A DNA stretch of 64,000 bases. Origin: Camelus dromedarius (taxonomy: Eukaryota). Each line of letters begins with the position of its first letter. The stretch's first letter is position 1. Where the stretch lies: contig NC_087437.1 of NCBI RefSeq assembly GCF_036321535.1, forward strand, positions 63,738,001-63,802,000. Direction: 5' to 3'. The notes below the pieces were generated by a model. It saw nothing but the letters and a program-made list of their open reading frames with translations, was not told the DNA's origin and made no database searches. Both the position numbers and the translations under genes were made by a program. Shown piece by piece: positions 51,963-64,000 of the stretch.

Positions 51963-52378
51963 TGCATTCGTTTGCTAGGGCTGCAACAAAATACTGCAAG
52001 ATACTGAATGGCTTAAACAACAGAAACGTATCGTCTCACAGCTCCGGAGGCTGGAGGTCTGAGATCAAGGTGTCAGCAGTGCTGGTTCTTTCTGAGGGCT
52101 GTGAGGGAATTCTTTGTTCCAGGCCTCTCTTCCTGGCTTGCAGATGGCTGTCTTCTCTCTGTGTCTTCACACTGTCCTCCCTCTGTGCTTACCTGTGTCC
52201 AGATTTCCTCTTCTCTTAAGGACACCAGTCATGTTGGATTAGGGCCCACCCAAATGGCCTCATTGTAACTTGACTAGCTCTGTAAAGACCTCATCTCCAA
52301 ATAAGGTCACATTCTGAGGTACTGGTGGTTAGGACTCCAATGTATCTTTTTAGGGTGGACACAGTTCAATCCATAACA
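51963..52378 (-). mobile_element. MLT1-type MaLR solo LTR
   Basis: tttgctagggctgc...ggcttaaacaacagaaa...ggaggctggaggtctgagatcaaggtgtcagcag...aaggacaccagtcatgttggattagggcccacc...ttcaatccataaca. Confidence 0.9.
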
Positions 52379-53499
52379 GGGACTAGCTGGCATAGACTGA
52401 ATGAATGTCTTAAAGAAACACAAAAGGGAATTCCCCCAGGCTGGGAAGGGTTTTCCAGGCTGGAGGGTGGACTAGAGAAAACAGTAGAAGAGAAAGGCAG
52501 AGGGGACACTGGTCAGCTCCCAAAGGGCACCCATGTCCCAGGAGTGGCACAGGATCAGCAGGGACAGCTGGACCCACAGAGACCACTGGACAGAAACGTG
52601 GCTTCTTAGTGGACCCCCATGACCCAGAAATAAGGCATCGTCTGAGAGAAGAACTCTAAGAACATTTGAGGTGAGTATTTCATCCAGCTTCTGGGAATGG
52701 GCCATGGGAGTCAGAAATTAATTTAGAAATTTAGAAAATAGAGGAGTTGATATTTTCTGCACATCCTGAGTTTGTCAACTGAGTTATATCTGCCAAACAT
52801 AAAACAGATAAAAGCAGGGCTGTTCTAGGTGGAGCTCACCCCCAACCCTGGTTCCCCTTGCAGTGTCCCAAGGCAATCCAAGGAGTCACAGAGTTCCAGG
52901 GAACTCAATTTGAAAACACTTAGGGTCCCCCTCCCCTTATTGAGCAAACCAGGACAGAGAGGCTCAGAAGAGGAGAACACCTGCCCGTGGGCAGGCACAA
53001 GGCAGGTTATCAGCGGAGCTGGACTAGAAACCAGGGCTCCTGATTTCTGCTGGGACACTTTCGTTGGCTTCCTCAAAGGTCTCCCAGGGAGGCAGATGCT
53101 GTATCTTCACTCCATAACCAGGGGCTGCCCAGTGAGAGGTCTCTCTGCACAGCAGACGGCTGGTCCCAGAGCCATCTTGGAGTGGGCTGGAACCACTTCT
53201 TGGGACCTTGTCAGGTTTTTGTTGTTTTGTTTTACCATCCTTATAGATGAGCAGTGTCCTCTGTTCTTTTGACATGTCCTCATTAATCTTTGAGGGCATC
53301 TTTGCTTCCTAGCTCAACAAGGTGTTCCAGGTTTACTGTGTCCTTTCCCTACCCCAGGGAATTATCCCTGGAGTAAGCCACTCATCCCTGGTTCTAAGTT
53401 GAATTTTACTAGAAATTTCACAAGAGGAGGGTTTGGGAAATTATGATGTGTTGAGAAGAAAATACCATTAAAAAGGTACTTCTGTAATGTAGATCTGAT

Positions 53500-53985
53500 T
53501 AGCCTACAATTAAATCATTCCCCACATAGTGAGGTAATTCCCATATGCAGAAATGGCTGAGACCTTCCTCCTTGAACTTGTCCCCAGCATCTCTTAATAC
53601 ATTCCTTTCTGCTTCAATTAGTTGGAATGAATTCAGTTCTCTGTAATTAACCCTATCTTCTGATGATACCTGATTAATAACAGGATGGTGGCAAGCAATA
53701 GACTCTCAAGGAAAGGAGAATCAGGTTGGGTATCTGATCTGGTGGGATTCAAAGGCAATAGTGATCCTACTAACATTAGGAGATAGTATTCTGGTAGTCC
53801 ACATCACTCTGTGGCAGTACCTATCACCTGTGGTCACCTAGGATGAAGGTAAGGCTTTGGAGGACAGAGCTGCTGATGAGATAAGCCATTGCAATGAGAA
53901 TAGGGAATATAAAACCTGGGGAGTGTGCTGGCTGCTTCAAACTACACAGAGTGTTTAAAGAAAGAAATAACAACCTCAAGGGTTT
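53500..53985 (+). mobile_element. ERVL LTR 3' end plus start of internal (gag-like) region, highly degraded
   Basis: aatacattcctttctgctt LTR-like end, then tatcacctgtggtcacc...gaatataaaacctggggagtgtgctggctgcttc...aaagaaataacaacctcaagg, similar to ERVL/ERV3-16A3 internal sequence. Confidence 0.5.
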
Positions 53986-54044
53986 TTTCTGCCTTTAAAA
54001 AATACCTTTATATATAATATGACATGTCAGTCTTACCTCAATTT

Positions 54045-54155
54045 AAAAAATAGCTTATTGTCAATATAGTTGTGTATATTGACATACAATAAATTGCATA
54101 TATTTGATTTACACAATTTTGTTTTGACTGCTTTATATGTTTTGACATATACATG

Positions 54156-54200
<45 letters not shown>

Positions 54201-55325
54201 ACCTGTGAAATCATCACCACAATCAAGACAATGAACATCAATTATCCCCACCTCCTGCCTGGCCCAAGTTTTCCTTTCCATCAGTCTCTCCTCTTCTTCG
54301 CCTCCCTGCCATTCCCAGGCAACCACGGAGCTGCTTTCTATTCACTTACAGATTAGTTTGCATTTTCTAGAATTTTTTATAAATCTCTTTTGTCTGGCTT
54401 TTTCCACTCAGGGTAATTATTATAATCGTCTTGAGGTTTATTCATGTTGTTGAATGTATCAATAGTTCATCCCTTTTTATTACTGAGTAGTGTTCCATTA
54501 CGTGGACTTACCAAATTTGTTTATCTAGTCACTTGTTAATGGATATTTGGGATGTTTTTAGTTGTGAATAAAGTTGCTATGAATATTAGCATAAAGGTCT
54601 TTGTGTGGACACATGCTTATACACTTTCATTTTTCTTGGGTAAATACCTAGGAGTGAAGTTGATGGATTATACTGTATGCATGTGCTTAACTTTTTAAGA
54701 AACTGCGGAGCTATTTGACTGGGGTTGTACCATTTCACATTTCCACCAGCAGTGTATGAGCGTTCCAATTGCTCCATATCCTGTGCAACAGCTTGGTATG
54801 GTCGCTCTTTAATTTTAGCCATTCTCATGGTTGGTGGTGGCATCTCACAGTGATTTTTAATTTGCTTCTCCCTGATGACTCAGGATGTTGAGCCTCTTTT
54901 CATGTCCTTATGTGTTAACCATATATTTTCACCCATTTTTGGTGAAATATCTGTTTAAATCTTTTACCCATTTTTATTGGGATGTTCGCTCATTAATCTA
55001 GCTTTTATTTCTTTTTAGATGCTGCCTACAAATCCTTTGTCAGATATGTTTATCTGCAAATAACTTCTTCCAGTCTGTGGTGTGTCTTTTCATTCATTTA
55101 ATAATGTCTTTTGAAGAGTTCTTAATTTTGGTAAACTCCAATCTACCAAAAAAATTTTCAAATAATTTGAAAAATAATGAATTGTACTTTTGGTGTTATG
55201 GCAAAGAAATCTCTGTAATCCATGGTCACAAAGATTTTCACCTGTGTACCCGTCTTACAGTTTTAAGTCTTACATTTAGGTCTATGATAAATTTCGAGTT
55301 AATATTTTGTGTATATGGTGTGAGT
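54045..55325 (-). mobile_element. L1M (MB/MC-like) 3' region with internal (AC)20 at 54159-54198
   Basis: ttcttgggtaaatacctaggagtg...ttgtaccatttcacatttccaccagcagtgtatgag. ORF 54586-54843 has ORF2 C-terminal-like SLLGIYP. Confidence 0.85.
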
Positions 55326-55538
55326 TGGGGTGGGCAAACTCTTTCTTAAAGGATCAGATAGTAAAGATTTTAGGCTTTGTGGGCCATCTGATCTCGGTCA
55401 TTACTACTTAGCTCTCCATGTAGTGCAAAAGCAGCTGAGACAAAAATAAATGAATGTGGTTGTGTTTCAATAAAACTTTATTTCTAAGAACAGGCAGTGG
55501 CCACATTTGGTCCACTGACCAGAGTTTGCTGATGCCCT
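55326..55538 (+). mobile_element. MER58A-like hAT-Charlie MITE
   Basis: ggcaaact...aaaggatcagatagtaaagattttaggctttgtgggcca...caataaaactttattt...agtttgctga. Confidence 0.85.
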
Positions 55539-56809
55539 CTTTAAATCCTCACATATCACTAAAACTCCCTGAGCACCACAAGCAGCCCGATCCATCCCTG
55601 TCTGTTGAATCTGCTCCTGCTTTGCTTAGTGACCTCACCTTGGGTAGGTAAGAGAATGGCAATTTTTCTTATTCACCACCCCTACATTTCTTCATTGCTT
55701 GCAGAACTATAAGCAATGAAGCATCTTCTTGTATGCCCCAGCAGGCCAAGTATGAAGGCTGACTCAGGAAGAGCTGTCTACATGCCAGAATCTCAGGTGG
55801 ACAAAGCAAACTGTTAGGTCATTCAGCTTCTTTATCCTTTCTGCCTGCTTTGGGCTGACAATGAAAGTCAAGAGTAGGTCAAATTCTGCCCCTAATGCTG
55901 TGTGGTATTAAGTCCCCCTACTTCTGTCTTCCTCTGCCTCCTCACCTGTGTGGGGATGGGGAGGTGGAGGGGAGTGTAGAGTTCTACTACTCTCATTGTT
56001 ACTGAGTTGATAAGAATAAGACAACACATTTCTTACCTATCTGGTTCCCTCTCTACCAGACAATTCCAAAGCTGCCTTCTCCTTGAATAGCTTTTAAAGA
56101 CCGCTTTCTTTCTTTTTAAAAGCACTATACAAATGCAAGGTATTGTGACCATTCTCTCTTTTTAAGTAATTCTAGAAAGCCCAGCCCCAGGATTTCACAA
56201 TCTGTCACTGTCCCTCGGTGCCTCTGCCTGTTGCCAGGGAAAGAGATTATCCTGGCTTGGGGAAGGTCAGCCAGCCCCAGCACGATCGCTAACACGGCTT
56301 GGCTTACCACCCCCAATCACAGATTCACAGTCAGTGATACAGAGACTGGACAAAACCACTCCAAGGCCAAGCAGAGTGGCCAGTGAGAGGAAAAACAACA
56401 CTCAGCTCCACTCGAGCTCCTCACAGACCACTCTAATCACCACCCACGCCTGCAGGAGGGCGCAGCTCTCCAGTCTGCCTGGCAGACAGGCTGTAGTCTG
56501 TCAGAATCCTGAAAGAGGGAATCTTTGAGAACAGAGACCTCATCTGCATGGCCCTGGGGGCCCTGCTTTGAACACAGCAGAGATGAAAGAGTAGATCTCC
56601 CAGACTACTAGATGAGCTGGTACACACGCAGCACAGACATAAAAATACTTATCACAGTCATCTATAAATGTACGCAAGAGCCTGAGACCCAGAGAAGTAC
56701 CTTATTCCATGTTCACCTCTTAAATGAACATCTGGATTTATTAAGAATGAATTTATTAATTTGCTATTATTAAGAATGACTCCCATTTTACTTAAGGATG
56801 AATACTTTG

Positions 56810-57000
56810 AAAAGGAATTTCACATCATTGTCCAGGATCCTCGTAACAAGTCATCAAGACAGGTAGGAGAGCAGTTACCCTTACCAGGGACTGCAGTTCA
56901 GAGAGGTAGAGTGACTTGTTAGATGTCACACAGCTGGGAAGTGGTAGAGCTGGCGTAGAACCTCCAGGTGTTCTAACTCCAAGTTTAGCATTCTTCCCCT
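56810..57000 (-). mobile_element. MIR SINE
   Basis: cagagaggtagagtgacttgttagatgtcacacagctgggaagtggtagagctgg. Confidence 0.7.
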
Positions 57001-57222
57001 CAATCCTTCTCTGTGTTGAGTGGAAAGGCTGTTTTCTCATCAGGTGGGATGTCTGAGTAAGGAAGCACAAGGAGGAAAAGAAAGAGATGAGCTAACTGAT
57101 GCCCAATGCCAGTTGAATTGGGTAATCTGAGATAAGGGATGGGACCATAAAACCTCTGAAGCATATAGGGGAGCTGGCCTCTGACTCTTTCTCTCCCACA
57201 CTCAATAAAGAGGTTGTGGTCT

Positions 57223-57226
<4 letters not shown>

Positions 57227-57260
<34 letters not shown>
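57227..57260. repeat. (GT)17 microsatellite
   Basis: Read directly. Confidence 0.97.
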
Positions 57261-57262
<2 letters not shown>

Positions 57263-58024
57263 TCATGCAAGAAGGTATCCACATGGTGGAGGAAAGCCTG
57301 GCTTTAACTACCAAAGCTGAGGTTCAATGATGCTGCTTTCCAAGAAGTTTGCCTTTGACTTTTCTAATGAAAAATTAATCGGCATTTACTTGCTGCTGTC
57401 TTTAATTATATTTGCTAAAGACAAGTGTCTGCCAACCAGCATGGCTCTGGCTATCTTCCGTGCTGGATCTGCTCTCAGCAAACCTCATTGATTTGGGAGG
57501 AGAAAGGATGCCATTTTGCCTGAGCAGTTGAAGAGGCAGAAGCATCACGGGGGTGGAAATTGTATCACATTTTCTGCTAATAGATCCCTACTCCCTGGCA
57601 TTCTCCTGACAGAGAAGCTGAGTCAAACGTGACTTATTTGAGTATGGATTCTAAACCTGTGGGTTGAGGACCCCAAAGGACAAAGGAGATTCTGAGAGAG
57701 GACCACTAAACCTCGTCTGTAGGTATAATAAAGTGCTCCCCTACAAATATAGAACTATTTTTCTAGAAGCATAGATACTACTGGGATTAGTAAAGTATTA
57801 TTTACTAAATGAAAAGCAATGGCTAAATTTATAATAGCTTTTTACCATTATGTATTTTCTTAACTAAAGGTATATATACCACGTTGAAGTCCTTGAAAGA
57901 GTTTTACCCTAAAAATGAGCCTTCATACACGAAAAGACTAGGAACTTAAAAGTAGGGTATTCCTTCTACAACGGAAGCAGGATTACTGAAGGAATGGTCT
58001 TTTCAGACCCCATTGTCCCCCATT

Positions 58025-58290
58025 TTAAAATAGCTTTATTAAGATACCATTTACATTCCATAAAGTTCATCCATTTAAAAGTGTGAAATTCAGTGTTTTT
58101 TAGTATATTTAGAGTTGTGGAACCATCACCACAATCTTAGAACAACTTTCACCATCCCATTGTATTCATTAGCAACTAATTCCCATCTCTCCCACCCATT
58201 CCTTCACCCTGATCTCTTTTCTGTTTATCTATAGATTTGCCTCTTTTGGATATTTCATATAAATAGGATCATACAATATGCGGTCTTTAG
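58025..58290 (-). mobile_element. L1MB-like 3' end
   Basis: aatagctttattaagata...gagttgtggaaccatcaccacaatc...gatatttcatataaataggatcatacaatatg. Confidence 0.8.
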
Positions 58291-59814
58291 TGAATAGAGG
58301 AATGTTTTGAATCCTCAAAACTCCATCCAGTTGTTGTATATCCAACTCCTACACATACTTACATCCCCTTCTCACGGCTCCCAGAAACCTCTCCTGCTCC
58401 CCCAGCCCACACAAATATTTTCTCCTATTAGTTCACAGCCTCTTGTTTGTTCAAGAAGTGCTGGGTGTAAGCTGCGTGGCCCATGTCTGAAGCCACTGCG
58501 CTGTTCTCTAGCTCTTTCTGTTATTTCCTCACCTCTGACTTCTTGGGGGTGGCATTTTGCTGGCTCCCTCACTCAGCTGTGTCCAGCATTGTATTCTGCT
58601 TGAAATAGGTAATCAGTTTATGTGTGTTGAAAGAATAAATGACTCATGGGGATGTTCCCATACTTTTAGGAGAAAAAGGAGTCAGGAGAAATTGCAAGAA
58701 AGCAAAATCAAGAACAAAGATAAAGCGTGGAATGGGGGCACTAGAGTGTAAAGGGTGGGCAGCTGCCCACTGCCTGTGACCTCGTGACTGGAGGACATTA
58801 AGAGGCCCTGGGCTACAAAGGGTCTCCCATTACCTCCAATTGCGACCGAAAGAACATATTAGTCACTCCTTCAGCTAAAGGCATTAACCGCCTCCATTAA
58901 AATGCAAATGTCAACACCTGGGAGAGTGGCAGATCGTGCTATTATCAGCCATTTCCACCTCAGCTACAATCTGAGCTCTCTGAATGTTTCTTGTTCCCTG
59001 AGGCACGAAGGTCTGGTGATGAGTGTAGGGTCTGGAAAAATGTAGGGCCCAGTTCCCTCTGGCCAGTTGCAAACTTCTTATCATCCTTGATTTCCAAGCC
59101 AAGGAAGTCAGAGATCAAGAGTAAGACAACTGATGTCCTTGGTTCTCTGTCAGAGCTGGGGGGACAGGCTGGAGTACAGGATGACTCCCAGTGGCTAAGA
59201 CACTGGACCCTGAGCCTCCATGGTAGACCTACCCTCAAGACACACAATGCTCCATCCTGTTAGCTGCTCTCACTTGGGAGTAGCAGTAAGTTCCTCAAAG
59301 GAAAGGTAAGTCATCTAGTTTGAGGCATGAGACTTGCTTTCAAAATGCAAATATCCAGGGGAGGTTGACACACCTTTGGGAACTGGATGATCTTTAAGAT
59401 TCTTTCATCCTCCAGAGAGCCAAGGATTCTTAAGAGTTCTTTAATTCCTTCTGAAGAACTCGTTACAGGGCAGGACTCTCATAGACAGTAGGCCAAGTTC
59501 ATATTTGATGCCCCATTCCTAACTGGCTTTCATTTTTGCCCTCTTCCTTCCCATTCCTGGGCACTTGTGCCCTTTTCTGGTAACATTTGCCTTGGGAAAT
59601 GCTCAGTGGTCCCAAGTGTTCTCTCCTTCCTCTCCCTAACTCATCCCTACTCCTAAACAGCAAGCATCTATTCTCTCAGTGCCCCCAAACTTGGTTGGGC
59701 ATTAGAGGGGGAAGCCTGCTGATTAAACTCATCTACAGTAACTTCATAATTACTGGCAGTCCTGGCATTTGTCTTTCAATCTCCCAGTGGTGTCTGCATT
59801 CATTTTTTCAACCA

Positions 59815-60045
59815 CTTTCTTGAAATTTAATTTATACACCATAAACTTCACCGTGTGGGATTAAAGTGTACAATTCAATGGTTTTTTAGTATATTTCTTG
59901 AGTTATGCAATCATCACATAATCTAGTTTTAGAACATTTTCATGACCCCCAAAAGAAAGTTTGTACCCATCAGCCATCACTCCCCATTCCTCCCCGTCTC
60001 CAGGCCTACACAACCACTCATCTACTTTCTGTCTCTAGATTTTCT
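59815..60045 (-). mobile_element. L1MB-like 3' end
   Basis: taaagtgtacaattcaatggttttttagtatatt...ctagttttagaacattttcatgacccccaaaagaaa. Confidence 0.85.
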
Positions 60046-60899
60046 GCATTTATTTTTAGGGAATGATTGTCATCCCAAAGCATGACTATCTAATGGTGGG
60101 ATTTTAAGCATTGTGGGGGAAGGTACTTTTAGGTATGGGAGTATTACTGAGACCTACTTCTACAAATATTTCTAAACATTCTAAAATATTGATATTCTAA
60201 TTTCCAAAATAGAAATATTCTTCCAAAAAGAAGCCTGGGGGGAATGAGGAATGAAGTCGAGGTACAAGGGGAAGATGGCTGGAGGGCAGGGGATGGGTCT
60301 CCCAAAGGGCTAGCTGTGCCCCACGGTGCAGTCACCTCACCTCTGCAAACCAAGTACTCACCTCAGAGAGAGAGACCTAAGGTGGTCCTTGGGTCAGCCC
60401 CATCTGATGACAACAGCCAGGAGCACATCCTGGAGTTGGCCTTCAAAACCTCTGCCTTTTGTTCCTGTGACACCCCCATCCCCTTTCTGGTTTTCCTCTG
60501 ACCATTTGGACTCCTTTTCTACACAGAGGTTGACCCCTGGGCTTCTCTGTCAGCCCTTCACAGGTGTCCTCCAGCCAATGGCATCATTCCTATCACTACA
60601 TCACCTCTGGGCTCCATCCATTCTGCTCTGCAGTAGCTTCCTGACTGGTCCCTAGGCCCTTGGATCTTGCTTTTCCAATCTAGTTACGACACTGCCAGAG
60701 TCTGCTCCCAAAACATAATGGCCCAGGACACTCCTGTCCCTCAGTTCAGAGACACTTCATTGTCTTTAAACTGAAGCCCACCCTCCTCCACATAGTGTTA
60801 GAGTCCATCCCTCCCTTCCATCTACACCCACGGTTGCCAGTCAGTCTCAGCACCCACCCCACTGATCAGACTCTATTCCCATCACTATTCTTCAGATGT

Positions 60900-61710
60900 A
60901 CCATTTGTTTATCTGACAGACAGCTAAGGGGCATCTTCTGTATGCCATGTATGGGGCACAAGAATGAGTAAGATACCAATTCTGCTTCAAGGGGTTCAGC
61001 AGACTGTGGAGACAATTCTGAAAACAAATCAAGATCATACAATGTGGCAAGTGCTCTGACAGAGATGAAAACAAGGTGTTCTGGGAGCTGAGGAGGAGGC
61101 AGTGCCTAATAGCCTGGGGGAGGTGGGCAGGGAAGGGGCATTCAAGTGGCATCACACAGGTACTATAAATTTTATTTGTGCTGTGTGTGTGCGTGAAAAG
61201 GGTGATGTACGCAGAGGTTTAAAGAGCAGTTCAGGGTGGGGAAGTGGTGGATGATGAAAGCTGGAAGGTAGGAAGAGGCAGTTTTGAGGACAGTTTTCGG
61301 TAGGGGTGAGACATGTACGATAAGATGCAGACAAAGTGGAGGACAGATGGGAAGGCAAGGAGGGAGAGTTAGTAACTGTCCAGGCAACGAGGAGGGAAGA
61401 TCTGGGTGGAGGTAGGAGCCAGAGAGCGTGGAAGAAGAGACAGATATGAAAAGACAAAGGCATGGTGGCAGGACTCTGGGAACTGGGATAGGAGGGGTCA
61501 CTACTCTAAGATCAGGGAGTCTGGGGGAATGGTAATTCCACTAGTGTCAAGAAAACAGTGAGGAGCAAGCTTCTTGAGAGATGACATTAGTTTTAGACAA
61601 ATTGAATCTGGGATGCTGGTGAGTACCAAGGAGCCTCTGTGGGGAGCTCTCTGGTAGGCAGGGGTAAGCTTGAAGCTGGGAAGGGAAGCAGGGGCTGAAG
61701 ATTCAGATTT
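60900..61710 (-). mobile_element. LINE-2 fragments
   Basis: Purine-rich degraded L2-like segments (ttagttttagacaaattgaatctgggatgc; gcagggg...aagattcagattt). Confidence 0.5.
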
Positions 61711-61714
61711 CAGA

Positions 61715-62300
61715 AATACCTTAGCGAAAAAATATGTTTATCCTTTGGCCCAGCAATTCTACTTGTAGGGATTTCTCTTAAGGATCCAATTAAAGATGTG
61801 TGTGAAGATTTATCTACAAAAATGCTCCTTCTTCTTCTTTTTTTTATAATGGAGATACTGGGGATTGAACCCCAGACACTGTGCATGTTAAGCATGCACT
61901 CTACCACTGAGCTATACCCACTCCTCATTCCTTGTTTATAACAGTAAAAGAGTGGAAACTTTTTATAAACTGCTATGACAGGGAAAAATGACCAATAGTA
62001 GGAGATTGGTTAAATACATTATGCTATATTCACACAATGGAATTCTACTCAAAAAATAAAATGGATATTGTGGATGGATGTTAATTGGCATAAGAAAAAC
62101 ATCCACGGTATTTTGCTAAGTAGAAAAAAGCAGATCCTAAAATTGTTGGTAGAGTAAAAGTTCCATTTTTGGTTAAGAAAAAAATTCATATGTTAATAGT
62201 TCTTCCTAGGTGTTGTGATTATGAATGTGTTTTCTTTTATCTTTCTTTTTTCTAGTTTTTCCACATTTAATCATATATGGCTTTTGTTATGACAGTTGTT
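61715..62300 (+). mobile_element. L1ME-like 3' fragment interrupted by a SINE
   Basis: cctttggcccagcaattctacttgtagggattt...ttggttaaatacattatgctatattcacacaatggaa. Confidence 0.7.
61828..61924 (-). mobile_element. Camelid tRNA-derived SINE (Vic-1-like, short form)
   Basis: Reverse complement reads gggtatagctcagtggtagagtgcatgcttaacatgcacagtgtctggggttcaatccccagtatctcc + A tail; clearly homologous to the copy at 37799. Confidence 0.9.
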
Positions 62301-63659
62301 TAACATTTTTGAATAACATGAAAAGGAATGATCTAGGGAGAGCTCAGGGAATGAGAAGGGGATGGAGAATGGAACCCAGTCACCTTGATAGCTCAGGCCA
62401 TCTGGCTTCTGTCCATGCAGCTGCCTGTCTGGGTGTCCCTGCATATTTGCTGCATGGCTATATGGTAAAGTACAAGGAGCAGACTGAACTTAGGTTTCAT
62501 TCTGCTACAAACTGTGGACCTTGGGCAAACTAAGTCTCAGCTTTTCATCTTTATAGTGGGGAGAATAACATCTTCCACAAAATGGTCATATGAAAATAAG
62601 ATTCACATATAATTGTTGCTTAATAAATATTGGTCCATCCTCCTTTTCTTCTGGCTACTCCTTTTCTCCTGGCCCCAGATTCAACCTCTAGAGTCTTTTT
62701 GGCCCTTACAGTGGGAATTAATGCCTCCTCTCTCCCAACCCCCAAAATGCTCTGTTTGGCCCTCTGGTGAACACTGAATTATGCTCTGAACTGGAGTAAG
62801 TGGCTAGCTCCTCTCCCTCCTTGACTGTGAGTAGAGTTGGGTCACCCTCTATCCCTATAGCACCTAGCACAGTGCTTTGCACATAGAGGGTGCTCTATGA
62901 ATGTGGACTAATGGTGCTTTTTATGACTTCACTAATCATGGACTGATGGCTCAAACGCTGGACTACTCTAGGGTTAATTTATTTAGATCTCTTAGAATGT
63001 CTCTCCTCCCAGTTTGTAACTCTGGCAAGGTTTATTTTCCAATTTGCAAAGAGATGACCAACAGAGAAAGAAAGAGACGCTTGCCCGGACTTCAGAAGCT
63101 CTGTAGAGAGAGCTGGAGAAAGAGTAGTAAAGCAAAGGTTGTTTCTTCTTCCCCAGAGTAGAGATGTGGTGTTCTCACCTGTCCCAGTGTTAGACTGCCG
63201 CAACTTCCAGCAGGATAATTTGGGGCAAGGGGAATTGGGCAGGTATATCATTCCACAGGCCTAGGTCCTCTTTGACATGAAGTAAAGTCCTCTCCACTCC
63301 TTCCTCTCTGTTGCTGGTCCTGTCCAGGAGTATCTGGTCCTTCTCAGCTCTCTCCCCCACCCCCACCCCCGCCCCTCTCCTGCGGGGGCTCCGTACCCTG
63401 CTCTGGTGTGCATCCTCTGGTTAATACCTTGCTAGGTAGGTAGCCAGCCTGGCACTGCCGAAATATCTTTCGGTTGTAAGTCCTTTGTGGCCCATGGCAA
63501 GTTGATTAGGCTCTGAAGCCTGTCTTCACATTTATAAACTGGGAATAAGCACACGTGCCCTGTCACAACCCAGGGTTATTGAGGGGAATCAAATGGGATT
63601 TTTTAAAAAAAGTATGAACGTGCAAAGAGCTCTTTACAAATGCCAAGTGTTCCTAGTGC

Positions 63660-64000
63660 TGTTTGCCGGATTCCTTCTCGGTAACTATCCACCAAAGCGT
63701 TCCTGTCCGCCCCGCCCTGGTCGCATCGGCCTCACCCACTGCATCTCCATCTTTTCCGTCACTGTCTTCCTGCGCCTCAGAGATCCTCGGTCTCTCCATC
63801 TCCCCCGTCCATTTTCGGGTCTGTCTCTCGGGCCCCTCCGGCCCTCCAGGGACTCTGGTCTTCCGCTCCCTGCGGCAGTGGCTGCCTGGGCGCCCCCAGC
63901 CCGGTGCGCCTTCCTTTGGCACAGCCGCCCGGCCAGAGAATCGCCCAATAAGAGCGCCGGACTCAAGCCTGACAGCTCAGGAAGCGGCCAATCGAGCCGG
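63660..64000 (+). promoter_or_regulatory. Edge of a CpG-island promoter, probably upstream of ADCY5 (synteny inference)
   Basis: Sharp rise in GC and CpG; GC box ccgccccgccc at 63707-63717; CCAAT at 63945-63949 and 63988-63992. ADCY5 is the co-oriented downstream neighbour of HACD2 in human; no exon is visible here. Confidence 0.7.

Overview
Mammalian genomic DNA. Two tRNA-derived SINEs of the Vic-1 type point to a camelid (alpaca/vicuna/camel). The window holds the 3' part of HACD2 (PTPLB, very-long-chain 3-hydroxyacyl-CoA dehydratase 2) on the + strand: three coding exons (16167-16288, 17704-17882, 25963-26045) and a probable ~2.9 kb 3' UTR. About 35 kb of repeat-rich intergenic DNA follows, ending in the edge of a CpG-island promoter, by synteny probably ADCY5 (no ADCY5 coding sequence is visible). 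The most unusual object is a 3.0 kb LINE-1 derivative in the last HACD2 intron. It is flanked by a perfect 15-bp target-site duplication and has an intact 5' end (YY1 site, CpG-rich UTR), a full-length but decayed ORF1 and the 3' end, but lacks the endonuclease and RT parts of ORF2. This is a 'half-L1' (HAL1-like) or spliced-L1 architecture. Other candidates: a CTCF-containing mini CpG island just past HACD2, a 60-nt hairpin in a homeobox/Fox/Sox motif cluster, an E-box minisatellite, an RBFOX-motif cluster beside a possible poison microexon, and an old L1 that is unexpectedly CpG-rich. No prokaryotic-type systems (CRISPR etc.) are present. Repeat family names and boundaries are assigned by eye from remembered consensus sequences and are approximate.
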